A program made the translations under genes and the position numbers. This document shows, piece after piece, positions 14,001-26,643 of a stretch of DNA of 64,000 nucleotides (positions are counted from its first letter, which is position 1; every line of letters starts with the position of its first letter). Source of the stretch: Epiperipatus broadwayi (taxonomy: Eukaryota > Animalia > Onychophora); the NCBI GenBank assembly GCA_028023455.1, contig JAQFVV010000003.1:17794001-17858000 (forward strand). Direction: 5' to 3'. A model generated the notes under the pieces. That model ran no database searches. It was not told the DNA's origin and saw nothing but the letters and a program-made list of their open reading frames with translations.

Positions 14001-15542
14001 GGATCTCAACAAAATCCCTTTTGTGATTCAATTATTTATCTACCAATATAATTATTATTATATTTTAGCAAAGAATAACCATGATTCCTGAGATATCCAT
14101 AGGATAGCATTAATTATTTCAATTAATTTAATCTGTGTTTTAACATCATTATTTTTTATAGTATACAAAAAAAATAGCTGAGTAATTATTTCAAATGAAA
14201 TATTATATTAGTCATTGTTTGTTGTATGGATTTTCCTATTGATTATAATAGGATAGTAGCTGGAGAATTTCTACAATAGCAATGCCATTATGAAGTACAT
14301 TTTATATGCTTCTCGATGTTAATGCCTCTATGTTGTGACTGTTCCTGAAGTCTATCTTATGTCTTTATGTTACATATGTTTCAGTTTAGACAGTCTCATT
14401 CTGTATTGTTGTTTATACTTTATTGTTCATCATTGAGTTAGTATAGTAGACGTGCATCATTCTGTTGGTCACTAAAGGGAAGGTTACAATATAAACAGAT
14501 TAACTAAAATTTAAAACCTTATGGGATTTTGAATTTCAAGTTATTAGCTTGATAGTTTAAACAAAAAATGGTAAAGATGGCTGACAGATGCATAATTGCA
14601 ATAGTTCTAGGTCCTAATTCCTTATTGATAAAGATAAAAGCTGGGCTGAGACTAAAGATTAAATTGAACTACTGACTAGTAAACCACTGATTATTCAAGT
14701 TTACAATAGATGGCGCTAATAGTAGAAAGAGATCTTCCTTACTTTTTTTCTTACCTAATAAATTATGATTTAGAACAAGAAATAAGTGAAGTGGCAATGA
14801 TACATGTTGATATTTGAATCTAATGTTTCTCCATTTTGAAATCATACAACAAAATTGTGAACTCTAGCAGCATTATTGGATATAGCCACATCAGGATCAC
14901 AAAAGTGAGAGTACTAATACCTTTAATAATTGCACTAAAAATAATATTCAGCATATCCTGCTCATTTCATCCTAAAAACAATGGCCAGGCAAAAAAAAAT
15001 AGTACAGGAAACAAAAAAGCTGACAGCTGGATCACGATTGGCCAGGATATTATTGTCCCAGCATTCAACTCCAATGAGCATTTACAATATGTAATAATTA
15101 ATTGATGAAACACCAATTAAGATCAAAGTTGATAATCTAAAAATAAGAACCAACTGAGCTATTAATTGAGCAAGATGCCAACAACCATTTATATTCTGGT
15201 ATCTGAATTCTTTTAGGGTTTATTAGGGTAATGATAAATGGTTGCCATGACATCATCAATGGAAAAAAAATGATCTTTTTGAAGTCCAAATATCTGAAGT
15301 TTGGCTTTATAGCAAACACTAAGACTAAGTGAGTATCAAATACAGTGCAGATAAGTAAGTTAAATAGTGAAAGTTTAGAAAATGATAGCAGCTTAGCATC
15401 CAGAGTTCCAGAAAAAAATTAATCTGCAACCACAATTAAGCATTCAACCATTAACAACTCAGAAGAATACAATTTCAACTAATCCAATGCCATGTATCAA
15501 ACTAAAAAATTACTTGGTTGTGAAATTAATAGTAACAGAATA

Positions 15543-15931
15543 TAGATTAGACAACTTCCATATTTCTTCATTCTTTTTTATTTCTTAAATAATTTCATAT
15601 AAGGGTACAATAAAATACAAATAACCCCCAAGATGCATTTCATGCTGAACCAGCATTCATCAGTTGAGCCAAGTCATCATCTCTCATATAATCTTTACTA
15701 CGTGAAGAGTATTTATGTAGAGCAAATTGTCTCATTTTTATTTTCAAGCATCAATTTACTCCACTCCCAACTTTTACGTTATCAACTTTTTGACAAACAT
15801 GTAATGATTATTAATAATCATTTATTAAACTAGAGATTCATAGCTATTTATGTTTCTCTTTCTCCCATTCGTACTATCCTTTTTATAGATTAGACAACTT
15901 CCATATTTCTCCATTTCTTTTTTATTTCATA
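15543..15931 (-). mobile_element. Non-autonomous Penelope-derived (pLTR-like) monomer with HHR, ~46-bp terminal redundancy and a 15-bp TSD
   Basis: TSD AATAGTAACAGAATA at 15528-15542 and 15932-15946. TAGATTAGACAACTTCCATATTTCT is repeated at 15543 and 15886 (period 343). A GIY-YIG C-terminal remnant (SSL...H...DNVKV...N*CLKIK) precedes the HHR. Confidence 0.85.
15627..15668 (-). ncRNA. Minimal type I hammerhead ribozyme, intact
   Basis: Minus strand: CTCAA-CTGATGA-ATGCT(GGTTC)AGCAT-GAAA-TGCA-TC-TTGGG. Perfect core, 5-bp stem II, palindromic loop-less stem III (dimer type), AUC cleavage triplet and 5-bp stem I. Confidence 0.85.
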
Positions 15932-16122
15932 AATAGTAACAGAATAATTATCACCATCGAAAGCAGTGAATCTGAATTTAGCCAACTTATCTGAAAGACT
16001 ATGCAACTAATAAAATTCAGTAATGAGAAAGAGATGTGGTGAAATGTTCATCTAATTATGTGAACAATTGATCTGTCTGAAAATTAAAATGGAATTATCT
16101 ACTGTTATCAGAGACTTAGTGA

Positions 16123-16180
16123 AATTATTTATGAAATAAAAAAGAATGGAGAAATATTGAAGTTGTCTAATCTATAAAAA
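16123..16180 (+). mobile_element. 58-bp inverted-orientation fragment of the 15543-15931 element
   Basis: ATGAAATAAAAAAGAATGGAGAAATATTGAAGTTGTCTAATCTA is the reverse complement of the element's terminal repeat. Flanked by AGACTTAGTGA / AGATTTAGTGA (11 bp, one mismatch). Confidence 0.7.
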
Positions 16181-16379
16181 AGATTTAGTGACCAAAAATT
16201 GATCCAACAACTGTAGGCCTTTCAACCAAGGAAAAGAATGAGACTCTTATCAGAAAATTATCTAATTGCAAGATAATAAAGGAAACTGATATCGCATTAG
16301 GGTTTATGCTTGGAGGAATTTAAACTTCATACTTGGGTTGTGCCATTCATTCATCATGTCTTTTTAAGTTAGTTCTAAA

Positions 16380-17300
16380 TGAAAGTAGAAACGTGTCACG
16401 AGTTCATTCCTGCCTCGTTATCGAACTTGGAATTAATATGTATATATATTTTAAGAACTAACTATAGGAACGCAGTAATAAAGTTATTATTATAATGTAT
16501 ATGTGTAATAAATAATTATTAATTGACCACCTCCAATCTCATTAATGTTACATGCGCAAACGTAATATAGCCATTATTCTAACTCTTGACTGGAATCTCT
16601 ACAGATTCCTTTATAATAAATAATCTCTAGTCTAATGAATGACTAATAAAAATTATTAATATTCCATTATAATGTTTGTGAGCAGTTAGTTAACTAAATA
16701 CATAAACCTTTCTTTATGCGAAATAAATAAGTTTAAAGCAATACAGAAAATATTATTTTCCAATTTTTGCTGAGTGTTTAAGTTTTCGGTTGGAAAGAGT
16801 GTATTGTGACCAAGAGATAACGTTTGATAACGATCAAGTAGTATCTCTCAGTCGGTGAGAGTCTAGCAATGCTTGCCATCTTCTTAACATAATTAACGTG
16901 CCAAATTCAGAGCTATATCGTAAGATAATAAAGTCCTCATATCATTACGATGAAATTATAAATTAATCTTTTTTATGATTTTTCTTTCTCTGAGAATTAA
17001 ACCTTTTTATGCAAATCCACCTTGTAGGACTTTTTTTCAACAATTATATTTTTTTATTCTAAAAAAAAAACAAAAGTGATGTATGTGATGTCTAAAAACT
17101 ACCAGTATAGTTCTGCCATCTACATTGTTTTAAAATCTATAATCTAACAACTTCTATTTAAAAATAATGTATAAAAATATTCGTTCCTAAATTTACATAT
17201 GATTTTTTTTTTACGTGAGAGCACAATTATTGTATGTATAAATTAATTCTCCAAAGTAACAAAAAAAAAACCTCTATATTATGCTGCCATCTATGCATTT
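16380..17300. promoter_or_regulatory. CpG-enriched, promoter-like or insulator-like region
   Basis: Local excess of CpG against a depleted background; CTCF-like CTGCCATCTA at 17113 and 17284; YY1-like GCCATCTT near 16875; possible 5' exon donor ATC|GTAAGA at 16920. Confidence 0.35.
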
Positions 17301-19900
17301 ATTTAATAACTAATTTTCAACCACAATGTAACAATAAACTTTGAAGTAATACAATAATCTATTATAATGTTCTTCAATATAGTCACTAAATTGACGTCCA
17401 CTTAATTATCTCATTTTGATAGATATGTATGTACTTGCTATTGGAATCATACCTAAAACAAAAAAAATCTTAATTCTATCCATTCCAGGTTAGGTTATGA
17501 GCAATTAACATATTGACTATATTATGAATTTCTGTATTACTGATAGATATGAATTATACAAACAAATAAAATAATTCAGTTATGACTTAAGATAAACATC
17601 TATAAGACTATTTATTATAAGAAATGAACATATGCTTACTCTATAATATGAATCAAGTATAATACAAAAGAAACATTAGTGATCTTACAAAGTGAAATAA
17701 TTACTTTTGAAATAGAAAATATTTATTACCAATTGAAAAATTCATACAAAGCTCAAATAATAATTGTCATAAGGAAAACATCACTTACAGATGAAACAAT
17801 ATCGAGTAAAATTAATAATCAGAATGGTGTAGTAAATAATTGTTTATTCATAAATTGGGTTCTTAGATTTCAAAAATCATAAGTGAAGTAAAAGTTCAGA
17901 TTCAGGGTAGAGATGCCAGCTCTTGACCATCACATATTGATGTTGTTTTGCTTTTTGAATATATGAATAATAACTTATACTTCAATTAGGCATATTTAAA
18001 CATAAAAGTTCCATTATTGTTTCTTTGCGGATGTTCAGCTGTTTTAAATCTCTACTCATCTACCAAATGGAGGTTTTCCATGAAATGTAATTATAGAGAA
18101 AAAATTGAACTAGAAAATTTTACACAAAACAATTGAAGATTTATAATACGCTTGGAAAGAGTGCATCAGAAATCTAAGATTTGATAGGCTACAGTTATGT
18201 ATCAGGTACATTAATCAATTTATCATATATATATATATATCATTGTTAATTTTTTTGTCACTGTTTTTAATTGATTACATTATACTGTAATTTAAAATAC
18301 CCCCAAATTTGGTCATATATAATGTTTACCTCATTAATACTAATTCAATGTTTAATTAAATCATTCAAATACATTATGTTTGAGTCTTATACTTGTTTTG
18401 TTCTGTGCCTAAGTTTTGGGTATGCATATGTGTGAATACGTATGTATATAAATTTATTTGTATGATAATTTAATATTTTAATAAATTAATGTAGATGGAG
18501 ATATTTAAATTTAATGAGGTAATCCATTTTTTAAATTAATAAAATCAAAGCTATAATATTTTTTTCAAAGATAGTGGCTTATTAAATTAGGTATACAAGT
18601 TCAGAAAATAGACTAATATCATTGTCAAATTAGAAAGCAATCGAAGAATTGAATGCTCTTTGAGAATTACTCAAGTTATTATTTGAGTTGCTAATGAGAC
18701 AATGTATATATTTAAGAATGACAAAGTATTTTAAACTTTGCTTAATTCTCTTATGAAATCAAGACCACTTCATGATAAGTCAAGTATGATATTTAAGTTA
18801 ATGAGGTATTTCATTTTTAAATACACCTGGATCTCTTTTTATGTTGTAGATAGGTTCCACAGAAAACTTGCATTTAAAAAATCGCACAAAAATAGACTTA
18901 ACTTACATTAAAAATGTGGAACATGTTCCTTAATTTTCAGAAATCACATAAAACCAAAGCAACAAGGTAAAATTACTTTAATTAAAATTCGCATTAAGAA
19001 AAAAAGGAAATAAAGTATTTGAAAAAAATTGATACAAGACAAACTTTTTTTACTTTTTTTTATTAACTATTTAATTTTATTTAAAACAATGTTTTTATGT
19101 GTAATTTATTTTACATTTTTTTCATACATATTTTAATCATTATCGCTATTTGACAATATTTGGGTTCATTTGTGAACTGGTAAGAAATCAGATTCGTCAC
19201 AAGAGGAAATACAATAAGCGCCAACTTCAATCTCATGCTATGGTAATAGTTTTTTGTTGGCAATGTAATTGGTAATTGAACTTTGAGATGATGATTTTAC
19301 TAACTGTTTATGAAGCTCATGATATCCAGACTGTTATGTCTAGCTGTTAGAGAATGCACTTCCACGAGTGCAACTATATATATATAACACGCTTCCATGA
19401 TTGTGTTAATAATAACTAATGGTTCAATTTTTTTATACACATATTGTAATGGTCAAATATATACATTCGCATAACAAAATCTAGAACTTTAGTAAATCAT
19501 CCTAAGGCCAACCAAAAATCCGGTAGTGAAACCACAGGTCTGATAGAGCCCTAGTTCCTTTACTATTGCTCCGAGATTTACTACCTTATGGATGGCACAT
19601 ATGAGGCCACAGCAATATTCTCCTTCATCACGTGCCGGCAGTAGAACATCAGTAGAGCAAAAGACCGGGAGGAAATTGACATTCTAACTAGTATAGCTAT
19701 GTAGATATTGTGTGGCAAGGATATAATTATTAAATACAGAAGTGATTCTTAATAACTAATAATAAATAATGACTTAATTATGAGTTAATGATGAGCAATA
19801 TCGAGACATGACACAGTAGTTAAATTTAAAGTTAATTTAATAAAAGTCAAATATTAAAACAATAAATAAAATAATAAGTACATTGACTATATGCATTTGT

Positions 19901-20245
19901 CTCACTCGCAGGTGATTAAGGGATAGTTTACATTTAAGTTTGGGTTCACACTTGGGTGATGGTTTTGTAAATACAATTCTTTATGGCTGAGTTATACATG
20001 GCTTGGTTTACATATTTATGTGGTGGGTGAGATCACTCGCAGGTGATATTAAATTGCTAGTTACAAATTAGTTACAAATTATTCGATTTGTCATATATAT
20101 GTATATCACTCGTAGGTGATGATTTTAGGTATAAGCACTTCCGGTTTATATATAGCATTTCTAATCACTCGCAGGTGATTGTAATTTTAGGTTACAAATA
20201 TTTTAATTTATTTAGCTATATATATTTTTATCACTTGCAGGTGAT
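19901..20245. repeat. Array of six interspersed 15-16-bp hairpin palindromes (consensus ATCACTCGCAGGTGAT)
   Basis: Copies start near 19901, 19945 (variant), 20032, 20105, 20164 and 20230, separated by ~30-70 bp of non-identical AT-rich spacer. Confidence 0.85.
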
Positions 20246-21186
20246 GAAGAAATTATAGGTTGGAAGTTACATTTTCATGAGCCTTAACATTACTTTATAA
20301 CTTAGTGAATTTGCTCATGACTATCTATGCCTAGTTTAATCTATATAACAGGATATAGATTCGCTTTAGAGCTAGTATAAGTGATTATAAACATTTATAA
20401 AGAACATAATATTTTATTAAGCACGAATAATTAATATATTCTATATATAGCTAATATGCCTATGAAACTAGATTTGAACTCAGTTCAAAGCTGAAAAATA
20501 CCATTATAATGGCGGGATGAACTGATGATTGGCAGCCAGACTTCAGATACTAAGGCATATAGAAAACATAAAATTCTGAGTCTCTGCACCTCATATATGT
20601 GCCTTTTTCACGGGATTCATACCAAGTAACCAGTTCCCTTTTATCAAACTCATTGCTGTGGAAATAAGACATTTAGTCCAGATGATCGAACAACTAATAT
20701 AAGTGGGGAGTCTCATGCTCCGTTCCTGAGGATGCAGAATGGGGAGGTGCGAATCTGTCCACCATCTGGAGAAGATAGTTGCCTGAACTAAGAAAATGGT
20801 GTAGCCCTAACACATACGACCATTAAGGAATACAGCAACAAGTGATTACGCCATAGCATTTCTTAAGAACACATACGCACCACTAACAACATTATTATAT
20901 AATAAAAATTAAGATGCTAAACAATAGTTTTATTCATGAAACTACCGTGTATCAGTTCATTAGATAGCATCTATAATCATGCTATTAAGGAAAGCTTAGG
21001 AATCTAATTTGTAAAGCTATCTACATAGGCATTTATAAATCTAGGGAGGTTTACAGTATATTATGAAAAATTACAATATAGAATTATAGATTTATACTGT
21101 ATTTTATCACTTCAACTGAATATTACTTAAATATTATATTTAAAGCAAATCTATCTTAGAATAGCGGTAAACGATATTTTATCCAT

Positions 21187-21305
21187 TTCAAAACAGAGTT
21201 TCGGTTTGTGCGTTATGACATATATATGCGCAATTACATATATACGTGTGAGAATATAATTACTTCTCACTAATGATTTAACTAAAAGTAAAACTCGGTT
21301 TTGAA
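21187..21305. mobile_element. Small MITE-like inverted repeat
   Basis: TTCAAAACAGAGTTT ... AAACTCGGTTTTGAA ends, with an internal GTGAGAA...TTCTCAC hairpin. Confidence 0.45.
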
Positions 21306-23331
21306 TAAATATAGCGTAAACAAATACATAATAATAAGATTTGGCATAGATTTAACTAAAAGATAAGATTTCACGTAAGTGAAATCTGGAATTTGGCTTT
21401 GTTTTAGCGTAGTTTAAAATGGAAATAATACGATATTAGCTGAGATTTGATTGATTCAGTTTCAATAATTATGTACTGTTTATAAAATTAATGATGGAAA
21501 ATATTATTATTAACTTAAAATATACAAAATAACTTAGAAACATAATTATTATTTTAAAATAGATTATTTGAATAATATGTAATAAAAGTTACACTAAAAT
21601 ATTTAAAAACAATTGATTTTAGCAAGTTAAGACTAAATAGCTTTTAATAACTCAAAATAGGATGAATACGTAAAACTAAATCAATCATAAATAAGTTCAG
21701 CAAGTAAATCAATAAATAAAGAAATCATATCAACAAATGAAAGGTGTTATTAATGCAAATAATAATTCAGATAATAAATCATAAAGCAGTTAATAAATCA
21801 GATATGAAAATAATAACTTATAAATCAATCGGTCAATGAATCAGTCAATTAGTTTGTAAATCAGGCAAGACTTTAGAATTAAAATAAAATAAAAATTACA
21901 TTTAAGAAATAAGTTTAGTTTACATTATTATTATTATGGCCATAGATTTAGATTAAGCTAGCATTTTAGAATTAGTTGATTTTAGTTGCAAGGCTTTAAA
22001 ATTGAAGGAGTTTATTACCATTTTCTTTTTTTTCTGCTGGCAGGCTGTTTTCATTACTGAGGAACTTCTTTGGGTGGTGGCTGCTATTGCTGTATCTCTT
22101 CCCACATCAGGTAGCTTCTTATCAAGGTTGAGAAGGCAAGGATTTATCCTTCTATCCTGATATCATCATCACCACTCTTTTTGCAAGTACTTTGTTAAAA
22201 TAGACTCAATTGAATGCCTCTAAGATGGCTGCAGCAGTTTTTATATCAGCTCCCCCTTCTCTCCTTCATTATATTATCTTTAGATTTGCTTTTCCAGCTT
22301 TCTCGCTGCTTCTAAAAAAATCGCAGAAACCCGCTGTGATTGTTTTTCTATTAGGTCATTTCACAGTAATTTATTCATATTTCTAAATTTAAATCAAATT
22401 TTAACCTTAAATTGAAATTGGGTCATTTTACAGCAAGAAGGATGAACTTTTCTGGAATCATCCTTTCTAGAAAAACAAATCCAAAAGATGAAAAACATTT
22501 TATTATATATGTAACCCGACCATTTAATTTAACGATATATGCAGAATTATATAATAATTTCAAATATTAACTTTTAGAATAACTATTTAAAGTAAAGAAA
22601 TTTTAATGTTTTAATTCAGTTAACATTATTAATTCTCACATATATATATAGTCTTATGTCTAAGACTCTTATTTAAAGAAAACATTGTTTTATTCAAGCC
22701 TCATAATGCCATAGTTATTGTGCATGTAATGAGAGCAATATGGATATCTAGGTGTGCTCTCATCTTTGATAACAAGAAGATATATTGGAAAAAAAAATGG
22801 AAAAAGAATGGGATGACATGTTTTATAAAGGTTTGAAATTTTGGCCAAGAAAAACGTTTTTATTGGTATGGGGTAGTTATGTTCCTATAAGGTGTGAAAT
22901 GTGGAGCTGAACGCTCTTACAGAACACTGTTTAAATGAAAGGTGGAGATAATGTAATTTACTGGATACATTTGAACTTAATTTATTTTTTAAAGTAATGA
23001 TTGTTACGATGTATGTACTGAATCAAATGTAAATATAGTTTTTTAAATAAAAAAAAAAAAATGTTACACATACAACACATTTTCCATTTATTTATTACCA
23101 GAAATATATATGTGCGTATTTATGGAGATTTACTTATATAGTTGCAATTTTCATACTATATTTTAATATATATGTACACATACATGATTAACATATTTAG
23201 GTTTAATTTTAGCCTGTTTTTAATATAAAATTAACATGATATACGAGGATTTGGTGGTAGTTATATATATAGAAATACTACTATAGAATATAGTAGGTGA
23301 AACAGTAGGATTGTGAAAGCTGACTGTTTCA

Positions 23332-23464
23332 ATATATACATGGAGAAACTTTTAGACAGAAAAAAGTTACAAGTAAAAACATTTAAGAATTTTTAAAGGT
23401 ACATTCTTTTTAAATATTTTTAGTTGTAACTTTTTTCTGTCTAAAAGTTTCTCCATGTATATAT
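23332..23464. repeat. Fold-back element with perfect 41-bp arms (TA-flanked, mariner-MITE-like)
   Basis: ATATATACATGGAGAAACTTTTAGACAGAAAAAAGTTACAA (23332-23372) is the exact reverse complement of 23424-23464; imperfect pairing continues inward. Confidence 0.9.
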
Positions 23465-26380
23465 GTGTATAAACAAAAATATAAACATACACACACTTAA
23501 CACAGACATACAACTACTTAGTTCTCATTGAAATTTAATAGTTCATTTATAATTCATGTCATTAACAAAAAATGATTTTCCAATTGATTATAAAATTGAA
23601 GATTTTCTCGAATCATTTCTGCTGTGAAACAAACAGGTTCCACTTCTGATTCATTATCTTTTTCTAAATCTTGTAGGTATCTAAATTTATTGCCAAACCT
23701 TTTTCCAACAGCCATTTAAAATATGTAAAATTTAATGTGTCAGGGAAATCCCGATTTTAAATGAAATATGAACTTCTTTATTGCGTAAAAGAAAACCGCA
23801 TAAAAAGATATTAAGAAGAAACATGAATCGCATAACTTCAAAACTGCATTAAAAAAAATCTGCACAAAAAGAGACCCAGGTGTATATTAAAATCTTCAGC
23901 CATGATGTTTTTTTAAAGAATGCCAATTCTTCAATTGTTTTCTAACTAGATATGTTATGAGTCTGCAAACCTAATGTAAGAATATTTTAATAGACTTAAA
24001 ATTAAAATACCACATTAATTTAAATATTTATTTGAAAACTTACAATATTAAAAGAAATGTTCTTCATATGATTTTTGAAAGAGAAATTGTGTACAATTAA
24101 AAAAAAAACTTCTAACTTGCTTCAATAGTTATATATCTGATATCAGGCCAGTTTTTTATATATTTTATTATTAGTTTAAATATTTTAAAAGAATAAAAAA
24201 AAGATGGTTATTAGATACTCAAGTGCATTAGTTTTATCTTTTAATTCTAATCCTTGTTGATGATGGCAAAAACCAGAATCTGGTCTCAAGATTGGGATTT
24301 TATAAGACTGTTTCCTACCATCTGCATTAATACTGTAGATAGCATTAGATTCAAAACTGAGCCATAATACTTGTTTAAAACAAGTTGTGATGAAACAGGT
24401 TTATATTATCCACGTTATCATTTCTGTTTTCCGATTTTATGATTTTATCAATACTGTTTTTATTACTTTTAAATTGTTAAAATAAAATGTCACAGGATTA
24501 GATTGCTTCTCTTCTCATTTTCTTATCCATACGTGTAAGTCTGTTACAATTTATGTTTATTGGTTCATGAACTAAAAAAAAATCTTTGAAAAAAAACAAA
24601 ATTAAGATAGAAAAAACCAGAATTAAGGTGACCAACCTGATGTAAAAGGGATTCCCCTATATAAAAAAAACTACATTGTTTACAGTATTTATTTTAAAAA
24701 TGATGAAATATTTTCATATTCCAAGGAATAAAACCATTGGAATTGATCTAATATGTTCCTCCTTCCATAGAAAATGTCAATCACAAAAGAGGAAAAAATA
24801 TTTTTGTACTTAGGGGGACTAATAGATATTCCATGCCCAAATGCATTTTTTATGCATCTACTCCTAATGAACGTTATATTTAAATCACTACTTTGAGTCT
24901 AAATGTAAAACTCTAATATTAGATCAATTCTTTTTAATCTAATTAATACATTTTAAATTATTAAAATTTATGATATAACTCTAGGTCATCTTATTAGAAT
25001 GAGTAATGTATAAATTCCTGATGAGTATTTCTACGGCCATATAATGCACTGTTTTTTTAAAAGTCAGTCTTTGAAATCCAGAAATTTAATAGCACTCAGA
25101 TTCATAAAAATCGAAATACTTCTATAAATATTTCCAAATCATCTCCAATCAGTTTTTCATTATTTCTCTTCCTCAAAAAAAAAAGATAAATAATCCCATT
25201 CACACCAGTATACTCTTTAGTAAGCTGAGTGAACATAAATACATGGTACTGCTAAACATCCTGGGAAACACTGTCAGATATTGATCTTCTTTATAAGAAA
25301 TTAATGAATTCAGATTAATCCTACAGCAACCACTTTTTTTATTCATATCAACTAATAAAATGTCATTAATGTGGTACTACTGCTATATCATGATATCCTA
25401 TCACTAAGTTACCTTAACCTATATATGGGCTAATAACTTATGCACATTCAATGTTAATGAAACTTGTTTTTAACTGTCGTCCAAAATATGTAGAAGTCTA
25501 TTCTATATAATGTTCAATAAATAAAATATGTAATTAATAAGAATAATAAATAACTTGAATGGAGAGCACTTGTATTAATAGTGTGTGTAATTTGATAGTG
25601 AGCAAAAAGTTTCTGGATTAATTCCTTGCAAATAAAAAAAATGTAGTTATTTTGAATGGAATTTCTGTACACAAATCATAATAGCTACTAGTGCGATACA
25701 TGCACAAGAGGGATTGCAGTCATAATTAACAACCTAAAAGTGATAGCTATGAGCACTATTAACCCTGAATAAGATCTTGGACAGAATATCAGTATGTTCT
25801 GCTAAAAAGATAAACCATGGATTTGCAATGGGTGAACTTACTGATCAATACATAGACACTCACCGGATAACACAAATTAATTTAAAACTTTTAACCTCAA
25901 GCTGAATAAAGCATAATGCATTCATTAACTGTTATGTCAATTGACAATCTACATTTATTAACTGTGATGTCAATGGACAATCTATTAGCAAAAAAGTATT
26001 CCTGGGCAAAAATCATCAGAGATCCATATTCAATCCCATCAAGCTAAAAAAGTTTGATGCATTTATTAACAGGGTTATGTTTACAAACAAGCTTTAGTAA
26101 AAAAAAAAAATGCTTGCATAGAAATCATCAGCCACCCAGATTCAACCCACATATCATGGGAATGATACATAGATGCATTAACCATGATCCTATGAGGTCA
26201 TTTTCTACATTCTGCTGCTACAAATAAAAGCAAGGAACTTCCTATGCAAGAAACTTCCTATATCTCTTTCTTCTAATCTATGTTGATAAAAATATGATAA
26301 AACTTATTTTCCCATATACCACAGAAGTATATGTTGTTGTTTTTTTAAAGCTTTTCCATGAAATTATCAAATGAATTAAA

Positions 26381-26643
26381 TTATTATAAACTCATTATAA
26401 TTGAGTATTATAAAAAATAATAGTTAATATTTAAAACTTTTATATTGCACTAAGCATGCTTTCAGCAGATGATTTGCTAGAGTCATTGTGTTTTGTTTAG
26501 CAGTTGAAAATTATGCTAAACAAAACAACCCTGTGCTTCTGCCAGTTATGTTTAGTGCTATGTAAAAGTTTTGAATATTAATTATTACTTTAATATTAAT
26601 TATTATCTTTTCTTAATACTTGATTATAATGAGTTTATAATAA
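26381..26643. mobile_element. Fold-back MITE, ~260 bp, with a nested inner hairpin
   Basis: TTATTATAAACTCATTATAATTGAGTATT... pairs with ...AATACTTGATTATAATGAGTTTATAATAA; the inner TGTTTTGTTTAGCA pairs with TGCTAAACAAAACA. Confidence 0.8.

Larger units (their letters stand above)
14750..16075 (-). pseudogene. Possible NRF-6/OACYL-like (acyltransferase-3 family) pseudogene fragment, interrupted by an HHR element
   Basis: Hydrophobic broken frames in the expected order: V*YMALD*LKLY (cf. WYLAVDMQLY), MVVGILL (cf. Y.IGILLG), TIISWPIVIQLS (cf. FLSWP.F.PLS). Many stops; alignment by eye only. Confidence 0.4.
18824..23882 (-). mobile_element. Tc1/mariner superfamily (pogo/Tigger-like) element with nested insertions
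   Basis: Left end TA|CACCTGGATCTCTTTTTATG; right end CACAAAAAGAGACCCAGGTG|TA. This gives 20-bp TIRs with two mismatches and a TA TSD. Acidic transposase-tail-like fragments on the minus strand at ~23550-23715 and ~22000-22330. Confidence 0.6.

Noticed and set aside
14836-15319. Mitochondrial ND5-like NUMT, or intact ORFs 14836 and 15137
   Set aside because: No ND5 motif held up under inspection; the frames are broken and better explained as a decayed nuclear membrane-protein sequence.
16770-16880. Minus-strand ORF MASIARLSPTERYY... starting at AAGATGGC
   Set aside because: Only 33 codons, with no convincing donor site and no recognisable homology.
19901-20245. CRISPR array interpretation of the palindrome array
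   Set aside because: Repeats are only ~16 bp, spacing is irregular (44-87 bp), spacers partly resemble each other, there are no cas genes, and the context is eukaryotic.
25018-25040. CTGATGA followed by a GTA/TAC hairpin as a possible HHR
   Set aside because: The position needing GAAA reads GGCC, and there is no stem I or III.
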